Of a DNA stretch of 64,000 nt, positions 25,840 to 35,127 are shown in pieces. A model generated the notes under the pieces. It was given only the letters and a program-made list of their open reading frames with translations. It was not told the origin of the DNA and did no database searches. Position 1 is the first letter of the stretch. Each line of letters starts with the position of its first letter. The translations under genes were made by a program, and so were the position numbers. The stretch comes from Oopsacas minuta (Eukaryota; Animalia; Porifera). The DNA lies in NCBI GenBank assembly GCA_024704765.1, contig JAKMXF010000364.1, forward strand, positions 70,707 to 134,706, read 5' to 3'.

Positions 25840-25868
25840 TGACGTCATCATAATATGTGATGACGTCA
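25840..25868. promoter_or_regulatory. Hairpin of two TGACGTCA (CRE-like) palindromes in the subterminal region
   Basis: tgacgtcatca-taatatg-tgatgacgtca: perfect 11-bp inverted arms. Function unknown. Confidence 0.5.
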
Positions 25869-25980
25869 TATCCAGAAATCTAGAAGCCATAGAAGAAATT
25901 TGATTACCCCATTCGATTCCTCAGATACGATAACCTATTCGCAAATAATACATTGCATATGGCTATCTGGTACTAGAATA

Positions 25981-26016
25981 CCTATTCTTTACTAACTCCC
26001 ATTTTAAACCACTGTG
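25981..26016 (-). repeat. Right TIR of RAG1L element B, with perfect RSS heptamer
   Basis: Minus strand reads CACAGTG GTTT AAAATGG GAGTTAGTAAAG AATAGG, 307 bp after the stop codon. Confidence 0.9.
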
Positions 26017-26211
26017 CTTACTAATGAACCACAATTGTTAAAAATTAGAAAATGTCAGTAATTACGTCATAGCTAGGTTTATAGTCGTGCTACTAAAAAA
26101 TCATTGGTATTTTTGAAACCTACAGTGTCGATTTAGTATATGTAAGTATAATTGTGGTGATATTACAAATTCATTTACCTATTTCCCCATTATGGCCATT
26201 TTGCCACACTG
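26017..26211 (+). mobile_element. 3' end of a second family-A RAG1L/Transib element (A2)
   Basis: Clearly homologous to 7860-8056; ends cctatttccccattatggccattttgccacactg, with the heptamer 2 bp shorter than in A1. Confidence 0.85.
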
Positions 26212-27111
26212 CATTATATTTGGTAAATACCCAAGTCAAATTCTCATCTATTAACACATACTTCCATAATATGGATGGCACTCCCGACCTGACCCCCTGT
26301 GTAGATGTTGCAATGCACATGACCCTAACACGGTGGGAAACATGGCTGATTAGGGTAAAAATTTCATATTCAAAGCTCCAAGAAAGTCGTATTTCTGAAT
26401 TCATCATAGTTGGAAACACATAATTATGTATTTTGATGCAGAATTTTCGCTTGCTCATGACTGTGCTATGAGCAGATAGTGAAGTGAAAATTCTCTTGAT
26501 ATCAGGAATGTTATTAATTCTAATAATAGCTACTTTCAAAGTAATTTTCCATGGTTAGTTGGAATGGGACATAACCGTTTTGTATATAATGTAATCAATA
26601 TAGCTTTTCTATAATCATAGAAAATGTTTGCGTACATTCTGTTACAAAATGCTTTATAAAGACCATTATTACCGAACTACTAAATATAGAATATGTTAGA
26701 TTGAACGAATTAGAAACTGGGCCAAACTATTTTCGAGGGCACTCGAGGCCGAATGGTTTTATGGCTGAAACAGTTAGAGAAGATGTTTGCCTTCAAGATT
26801 TTACTAGTTATAGGATAGCAAAACGTAGCAATCGTGACCATAACACCAACGAAAGAATGCGAAACCTTCTGGAGGAATTTTAAAGTTAATTTTTTATGTG
26901 ATAATTAGCTAATTTGAAGATTGAAATGCACTAATGTAATCGAAATAACAAATAATATTATCTAGAATTAACTTTTATCCTGAAATCAGAGCATTTCAAG
27001 GGTGCATGTTGAAATATTTATGGACAAAGGCCAAATATCCTTGCATTCCTTTTTCAATGTCTGATGAAATTTTATCACCCATCAATTTATCTCCCATGCC
27101 CTCTTCATAGT

Positions 27112-27540
27112 TATTTGTGTGTCTTACGCTGTCTCATACTATTGATATATCATTTGGATGGCGGAATGAAGAAAGGCTGCTTTCACATCATCAAGTTAAA
27201 ACTATGTACCGATTGAGTAATCTCACGCTTGAGAAGACTGCGTTTCAAATAGATTATCCATTCGGTGAATACGGTACCTCTACCACTGGTAATATAGCAA
27301 GAAAATGTTTTCTCAATGAAAAATATTTTATTGCTTCTGCTACATCCACGATGATTGAAGAAGACCGACTTACTCTTAACACTATTCAAACAAATCTCTC
27401 AGTAATATTGCGGGTTTATAATTCTCATAAAAGGATAGACATTGATAAACTCTACTCCAATTGCAAAGATACTTATGAGGAAAACCTTGTAAATTTCCTT
27501 GGGAAAGCATTACACCGTCTCTTCGTAAAATATTTACGCA
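27112..27540 (+). pseudogene. RAG1-like transposase internal fragment
   Basis: CVLRCLILLIYHLDGG...QIDYPFGEYGTSTTGNIARKCF...IQTNLSVILRVYNS...CKDTYE aligns to the C-terminal core of 23625-25709. Confidence 0.78.
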
Positions 27541-27589
27541 TTCTTCAGAATTAATCAGTGGATTAAATGACGGTTTCGGATTGAAGTTT

Positions 27590-28072
27590 CAGTTTTCAAA
27601 GCTTGCTTATACCAAATTCTTGTGACTATCCCTCAGACGTCTTGCAAGGTTGAGCGAATGTTCTCATCTGTTAAGAGAATAAAAACTCATTTGCGCTCAC
27701 AAATGAGCACTGTACGTCTCAACCATCTTGCCCTGTTATCTATTGAAAAAGATATTGCAGAAACACTTTGCTATAATCATGTGATTGAACATTTTAAGTA
27801 GATGAAGCACCGCCGCTTTCTTTTGTAATGTCAAATACTACCCCTGAAATGAGTTTAGTATCTTAATAAATGCTCTTACTATATGGCAGTCTAGTGCTCT
27901 CTAGCTTAGTAATCTGGTACTTGATGAATTAAAAAGGTATACATGTAAGAAAAGGAGACTGGGTCGTACTTGTTATACACAAGTAATTAACTTTTCAAAA
28001 ATATTTATCCCTACAATTGCCCTCCCGAAATACCTCTTGGGCCCCTCAATTTCTTGCTCTAGTACGTGCCTG
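27590..28072 (+). mobile_element. hAT transposase C-terminal dimerisation remnant plus right end
   Basis: ILVTIPQTSCKVERMFSSVKRIKTHLRSQMSTVRLNHLALLSIE; terminus gggcccctcaatttcttgctctagtacgtgcctg. Confidence 0.78.
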
Positions 28073-28259
28073 TTTCTGGGTGTTACTAGGATCCTGAGTG
28101 AGATATTGCAAGATGTACTAACAGACGTTAGATCAGCAGTAGATGTAGTAGAGAGCATTAAAGCAGAGTTTGAAGAGTGGGATGCAGATGCAGAGCCTTG
28201 GATTTGGACCAAGTTAGGAGATTTGTTAACACAAATCTAGGAATACTATTACAATAATA

Positions 28260-29569
28260 CAGGGTGGCTGTCAGGTTCTGATACAAAGGATTTTCTCCAT
28301 TATAGTTTCACTACTTGGAATATAATGTTAATATTGCATATACGACTATTTACTACTGTTATGATTCAATTACTAAAATAGTTAATCTATATATCCTCCT
28401 TTTATGGAAATTACAGCTTTGAGTCTGGTATGGAACTTTCCACTACGATACGCAGGGTTTCCTGGAGGTATTTCTCCCATTCGTGACACAAATACTTTTT
28501 CAGGGACTTTATAGTGCTGTGTGAAACCGAACAAGCCCTATTCTTCAAGATGGACCAAAGAGAATAGTCCATTGGATTTAAATCGGGACTATATGGAGGC
28601 CATTCTTCCTTTCGGATAAAATCGGGGGGTTTGCCCTCTAACCAGTCCTGTGTGGTAATCGCCGTATGAGCAGGAGCATCATCTCGTTGGAAAACAAATG
28701 GCTGTCCGGAAAACATTGTCTGGCTCAGATCTTTTATAACACCTCTAGGATCAAGTCCTTGTAAGTTTTCGCGTTGATTTTCACTCCAGCAGGTACGAAA
28801 ATCAATGGCGTGCGGCCAACAGCAGAGACACCAGCCCAAATCATCACTGAGAGAGGTTTCATTTTCCGACTGATGTACCTAAACTTATCAGGGATGTCTG
28901 AGCTAGCTGTAGAGATCACACGATCATTTTGAACATTCGTAGCCTCAGCTATAGTGAAAATCTTTTCATCTGCAAAGATGATATTTTCGAGTCCGCCGGT
29001 AGCGTGTCTTGCAAGTACGCCTTGCTTCTCAATAATCGTTTTGTCTTGACTAACTCTGAGAAGAACTGTACTTTCTTTCTTTGAAAACAACGCATTTTCA
29101 AGTCACGGTGTACCACTTTTTGGACAGTTTGACGTACAACTTTCAACTCCTAGGCCATTTTTCTCATGGATAACCGTGGATTTCGCCGATTCCGTTCTCT
29201 CACCCTCTCCTTGAGGGCTGCGGTTCTCACAGAACAAGGACGACCAGATCTTGGTTTGTCGTTTGTGTCCCCAGTTTCATTGTAACGTTTCATTGTCCAG
29301 TAGATGAATGCTCTCCGTCCTTTAGCAATATTTAACATTTTTAAAATCTCAGGAGGGCTTTTTTCCGCCGGGTATAATTCAACAATTACTAATCTCTCAT
29401 GACTCATGGTCAATAGTATAAATTTTTGTGAAAATTGTAGGCTAAATCGAATATGAATACATTAAGAAGGTTATATGAAAAGTCTTAGATAGTCAAAATA
29501 CTGTAAATACATTACGATCAAGGTTATATTGTAATTGAATTTTTGTATCAGAACTTAGCAGCCACCCTG
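28260..29569 (-). mobile_element. maT/DD37D element, defective
   Basis: TIRs cagggtggctg and cagccaccctg. FADEKIFT and QRDDAPAHT...WPPYSPDLNPMD; 37 residues from D to D. Confidence 0.88.
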
Positions 29570-29716
29570 CATAGCTAGACCGCTATTATTTATGAAATAA
29601 TTTAGCCTCAAACAAAGTTCTGAACAACTATTCGATTTCTGTTCAATACCTATATTCGGAAATATTCAGTTTGTCGATCACTAGTAAGTAGATTTAAATG
29701 TTAATGTTCTTACCTT

Positions 29717-29890
29717 TCAAGAGCATGTATCACAGTAAAAAGAAGCTTTCCATACGGTCTGAATGTCTACGTCAGCACAATAGCAATGAACCTATTCTGA
29801 GCAGTTGTCACATTGTACCCAATCTGATTGATTCTTTCCAAGTTTCCTCTAGTTCACAGATTCTGGTTCTTTCTTGTTGCATATACTGCA
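29717..29890 (-). pseudogene. PHD-finger (C4HC3) C-terminal coding remnant
   Basis: CSICNKKEPESVN*RKLGKNQSDWVQCDNCSE*VHCYCADVDIQTVWKASFYCDTCS*. Two internal TAG stops, one at the conserved Trp. Not in the ORF track. Confidence 0.8.
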
Positions 29891-30302
29891 CAGAGTATCG
29901 GACTAATCAGAGATGTTGGTTGTGCTAGAAGAGCGTGTAGAAACAGGAGAAACGCCAAGAAATCCCTCCACGCTTGAATAAGAACTGTTGATTTACACCA
30001 CCTAACGTAATTACTTTAGTCTCAACTAAAATTCAGGTACAAATAATCTACTAAGTTCCTATACGTCTGTACAGAGCAACAGATATAGACGAAATCTGGT
30101 ACGGTTAGCCATTGGGAGTAAGTATGTATATACCAGGCTTGCCCACTGTTCCAATTGTTTTTGAATTCCATAGCAATTAATATAGCGAGATACCATTGAC
30201 TTCTAAAACTTAATTGACACAATATACCAGTAACTTCTAAGTCTAAGACTCAATATTGGTTTATATAGAACAAGGGTCCGGATGAAATTTAACCCGGACC
30301 TG

Positions 30303-30703
30303 ATAGTTCTATAAAATGACTGAGGCGAATAGTATATTTGAAAACAATAGTTGAGATGAATTAAATGTGAACACATTCATGTGTTGTTAATGGTACGTCT
30401 TTTGGAGCAATAACGAAGAAACTATGAATGTTATGGCTCTCAACTTTATGCCAAAAGTTCCGTAATAGTCAACTTCCTATTCTCTAATATTATGTTTCAT
30501 TTGATTTCAGTTAATACATGAGATAGTTTGACATTTTTTCATATATTTTATGACTATCATCAATATAACAATTGTCAAAATATCTCAAAAAGTATGAACA
30601 AAAAGCAAATGAACTGTATAATTAGTGAATAGGAAGTTAATTATTACAGAACTACTGGGAAACATTCAAATATACTATTCGCCTTTGTCATTATATAAAA
30701 CTG
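30303..30703. mobile_element. Small Tc1-like MITE
   Basis: Inverted ends ...aatgactgaggcgaatagtatatttgaa and ttcaaatatactattcgcctttgtcatt... Confidence 0.5.
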
Positions 30704-31880
30704 TCAATCACTAAAACCACTGAGAACATGGTTTGAACAGTTTGAAAAGCAGCATTTTTTGTTCAAAAATAGCTCTTGCGAAACCACATGATGAGAAATC
30801 ATATTTCACAATAGAAATATATACTTCGCAATTATATCCTTAATTAATTAATACATACCTCTGTTCCAAAACATATATTCCTGGAGATATGTGACAAAAA
30901 TGCATTTCCCCTTGGCCTTCTAGTTTTCAAGCCTTCTCGGTGACAGATACAATGTTATATTATAAGTAGGCCGTAGGCCATGCTACGCCATTTAGTATGT
31001 TAGTTAGGTCACGGGTCCCCGAACACGAACATTTGGCTGCATGACAGCGAATAGAGGCATTATGAAGGAAAAAATTATGTACACCCATAACCTTAGAAAA
31101 TCCAATTATTCATTATTTAGACTACGGATATGGATATAGAAAATGGAACTGAGCTAATGCTCCGAAGCTAAGTTTAAGAATTAACTACTGTAGAATATAT
31201 TTTGACTTTTCCTGAAATGGCCATGCAATATGTAGACTAGTATCCAATTATTCAATTACAGATGATACCCTAAGCAAGAAGCTACTTAAAAAGGACTACT
31301 AAAGGAGAAACGAAGTATCAGTCTTATATTTAACAAAATTCTTGATATTTTGGCCGCTTTGGAGGTCGTGTCTTATTACCTCTCTTAGAATGAAAATTTG
31401 TAATGTCAAGTTAAAACGAGTAGTATTTACTATTTGTTCATTCATTAGCTTAGAGTTAGACCAAAGGATTCTTCATGCATGCTAATATTGTTGCCAGGCA
31501 AAGTCTTCAAAAATATTTCTATTCTTATTATAGGCACTTGAGTTTATATATATATACATTATGATTTGTTATTTGATGACTATTAAAAGTTGCATGTATT
31601 ATTCTTATATTCGAGATTCGTAGAAATTAGACATCAAAGCATAAATATGTGATTTTTAATTGCCAATGGTTATGCATTATTATGACTTTCTTAACCGCTA
31701 CTAAAGGATTGTCAATAAGTCACTTTATTATAATCCTTAAGGGTAAAAGAGATGCTATACGCATATAATTCTGTATCATATGTGCATTACTTAGACAGGA
31801 ATAATATTACAAAAGGGCTATTATTAGCTACAGCCCTATGACGTCATAACATGACTTAGTGCAGCCCTATAGATAATCTA

Positions 31881-33688
31881 ATGAATTGCGGACAATTTGT
31901 CGCATGGACAATTCGTCGCGGACAACTCGTCTCGTGGACAATTCGTCGGGCGGAAAAAGGAAAAAAATTAAGATAGTAAGCAGTAAATGGAAATGATACT
32001 TATGATACTTAGTATATGATGTAAATATTAAAAATCAAAATTATATGCTATCTCTCAAAGATATTCGATGGTTTCGCAATTATCATATTTGATAACTATG
32101 TTCTATATCCTTTCTTCATGTTCCACACTCGATTTTGATCGCTGCCCTTCAGATTTCCTCCTTCCCACTTTGCATAAATTGCCTCTTGAAGTGATTGCTC
32201 TTTTTGCAAAATTCTTAAGAGTTTTATGAAATCTGGGTGTGGATGACCCTTGCCATGACTAAAAGCATTGTGCCAACCTTCAACGCTATTATTTTTTCGA
32301 GGGATTCGATCCATCATTCTTTGATGCATGTTCCATACTCTGATAGGAAAAGGTGGCGTCCTACGAGACTATTTGGTAGCTATTTTCCAATATAGTTGTC
32401 TTCAATTATTTTGCAACTGTCTTCCCAGATTGAGGATATTCATGCATCAAGATGTTAAAACAATCAATAACATCGCTCTCAGGCACGAAAGCCAGGCAGG
32501 GTAACATCTTCAGCTTCAAAGCTAAATCCCTATCTTGTTGATGCGCCGTAGCTAATCCATTAGCTTGAATTCTCCGATAAATGCTCTGTTTTAAGTGGAA
32601 GAAACATCCATAGACACATGCAAGGAAAGTATTTTCCAATGCATTTATCGCGGCCTTATCGAAATCCACCATTATGGGTGTAGGATTTAATTCGGACTCT
32701 AGTTGGAGCAGTTTGGAGAGCATTCTTTCATAGGTCTCTTCAGTCTTAGCCTGAAATAAAGCATAAACACAAGGGAATATATATCCATCTCTTTGTGCAT
32801 GGATAGTGTAAAGTTGAAAGAAATGTTCTGGAGCAACTTTATATGTACCATCACAGTGCCAGTTGATACTTTCTTTAAGTTTAGATAAAAACTTTGAAGT
32901 TCCAAAGAGAATCATTCTGTGATCATCGCCTTCTCCTGAATCAAATAATAGGAAGCTTTCATCATTGAGTGTAAATTTAAATCTATCTGGAATTATTATT
33001 TCAGCGCAAGAACTTGGGTTTCCATAAAATTCTTCTTCTCTTCTCTTACACCTCCTAATAGTTCTCTTGACAGAGTCAAGCGTTGGTAATTTGTTAATGG
33101 ATTCTGCTGTCATTCCTTCTACTGAAGTTGCAAGGAGATTTCGGGTACTTAATTCAGAATTTCGAGCTATTCCTTTGAGGTTCGTATACCCTCTTAGCAT
33201 CTCGACACGAGTTATATCAGAACTATGCGAATGCTCACTTGGTATTATTGAAGGATTTGTAGGTTTGACTAATTGATTATTACTTGTGTGTAGCCTCGCT
33301 TTGCAGATTCCGCGCTTTTCACACACCCAGTATTCGATATCGTGAGATTTTCAATTCAAAGTATAAATAAAACCTTGAATGCTTGCTTTATCTTTATTTA
33401 TTTCACTCGGAATCCTCTCAATCGAACACGAAGAGGTTAAGGAAGTAGCCATAGTTTCTTGGTAGTAGTAAGACTTTTTAAATCCCCATTATTGGCTGAT
33501 TTTTATACTATTTTGATCATGTTACAATAGACAACATACCAACCAGTTGACAATGCCAAACTTCAAGAGTGGGATATAAACAATTTACCTTTCACAACCT
33601 CAATCAATACTTCTTATGAAACAAAGGCTAAATAGCGAAGTCATCAACAGCGACAAATTGTCCATGCGACGAATTGTCCCTTTACCCC
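31881..33688 (-). mobile_element. Mutator-like (MULE) element with FLYWCH-MULE transposase, defective
   Basis: Termini built of ggacaattcgtcgc repeats. YWVCEKRGICKARL...HSH, WHCDGTYKV, MVDFDKAAINA, GCFFHLKQS, NNSVEGWHNAF. Confidence 0.88.
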
Positions 33689-33693
33689 AAATA

Positions 33694-33729
33694 CCTATTC
33701 CGCCATTTTTGTGCATTCTCCCCACTGTG
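33694..33729 (-). repeat. Orphan RAG1L/Transib-type TIR (D) with perfect RSS heptamer
   Basis: Minus strand reads CACAGTG GGGAGAATGCACAAAAATGGCGG AATAGG; again exactly 23 bp between heptamer and AATAGG. The MULE ends 5 bp inside it. Confidence 0.7.
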
Positions 33730-34548
33730 TTATGTGATCTCGAATATTAGAGATAATCAAAAATTGCGTTATGTATATATATTTGTACCCACATTTTTTG
33801 GATAATTCTTCATGGTAGTTTTCACACCATCCCATGACATTTAAACCCTACTAGTGAAATTATGTATATGAGAAACACGTAATAGTTTACACTCTATATA
33901 TTGATATTACCGCACTACCCTGTTGATTTCGATGATTTTTGGTGCATTTTAGTATATTCTACTTTCAGAAGACTAGTATGGCCTCTACAAATTGTCACCG
34001 TCCTGAAAATGTGTTGAGAATATGGTGACACAGCAAAGGGCGAGATATTGCTTACGTCATATCTAACAAAACATACATCTATTTTCGAAATCTGAATATT
34101 TTCCTCAAGTAATATTTTGGCAGCATTTCAGTATGAATTTTGGAGTTTCTCCGAAAAACTCGTGTTTTTGTGAAAATTTCATACACTTTCCACTGTAAAA
34201 ACACCGTTAATCTTATGAACTCATTTACCTTTACTTATCTTTTAATTTCAACTTTCTTGATATTTATTCTTCTTCTTTCTTATATCTTTGTCATTATTTT
34301 GTTATTGCTCACCTTTGATCTTCTAGACTTGCTGTAATATATATAGCTGTATTCCATTCTGAGAATTCGTCCTAATTCTGTTTTCTGATTAATTTCCGTG
34401 TTTGACTATCCCCTCTCAACTGGTAGGCTTTATTGAATATAGCATCTTATTTGATATAGACATTTCATTGATATCTTAACCGACAAATCTGTGCCCCCAA
34501 CAATCTCACTATCCATGTTTCTAGTAACAACTACATTTATCTAAATCA

Positions 34549-35127
34549 TTGATGTTATTTTTGCCTCAATTCTTATTTATTCCTTCCTCCATTCGATCCT
34601 TTTCAAGATGTTCTTGGGGATTACCTCCGAAACCTGGATTATCAATGAATATTGTGGGTTCTATCAGGAAACTGAAACGTATCCCAATAAGGGATAAATA
34701 TTCCAGACTTAACTCGAAGCGTGGTAATACTTTTTTGCAAAAGGCAATGGAATTTAATACAATTCCTTTGCCTTCACTTTCAAAATCTTATGCAACTATC
34801 TGGCTCCCGGATATTTTGAATGATGTACATCCCACTTTTTTAGAACATTTTGAGATAATCCCTTCACATTTTATTCCTCCTCTACGAGAGCGAGGTTTCT
34901 TTTCAAGATTCTTCTTTTTCCTGAATAATATATTCCAGCATACTATTATTCGAATTCGTCTCTGGTTCTCAAAGGAAAAGCTACTCACTTGCGAGTACGC
35001 TAAAGTTCTCTTTAAAAATCTTCTTTCAAATATTAGTAATTCTGATTATTCAAGCTTGGATCAAATTTGTTCACTTTCTTTGATTCCCCACTTGAAAAAC
35101 TTGTACTTCTCCAATGGGTATGTTTAA
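34549..35127 (+). other. 192-aa ORF with no recognisable homology
   Basis: Open frame only; no motif recognised; may be spurious. Confidence 0.15.

Noticed and set aside
25710-25980. RAG2-like gene downstream of the intact RAG1L ORF
   Set aside because: Only about 270 bp of AT-rich non-coding DNA lies between stop and TIR.
14804-26016. Treating the two near-identical TIRs as the ends of one 11-kb element
   Set aside because: Each is the 3' end of its own oppositely oriented RAG1L copy, and the 5-bp flanks differ (TAATC vs CTTAC). They could still act in trans as an inward-facing pair.
30915-30964. Possible upstream mrpl45 exon (…AFSVTDTMLYY-AA|gtaggc) with compatible splice phase
   Set aside because: Similarity to MRPL45 is limited to a few residues and is expected by chance.
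31850-31990. CRISPR-like repeat arrays here and at 63764-63858
   Set aside because: Head-to-tail ~14-15-bp units with no unique spacers, at MULE-type termini in eukaryotic DNA.
32852-32858. CACAGTG heptamer
   Set aside because: Lies within the MULE coding sequence (antisense to HCD); no downstream TIR blocks.
34163-34197. Minus-strand TACAGTG + 19 bp + ACAAAAACA, resembling an RSS with an 8/9 nonamer
   Set aside because: The critical first C is missing, 19 bp is neither 12 nor 23, no RAG1L sequence is linked, and TA-CAGTG is also a typical Tc1-type end in an A/T-rich context.
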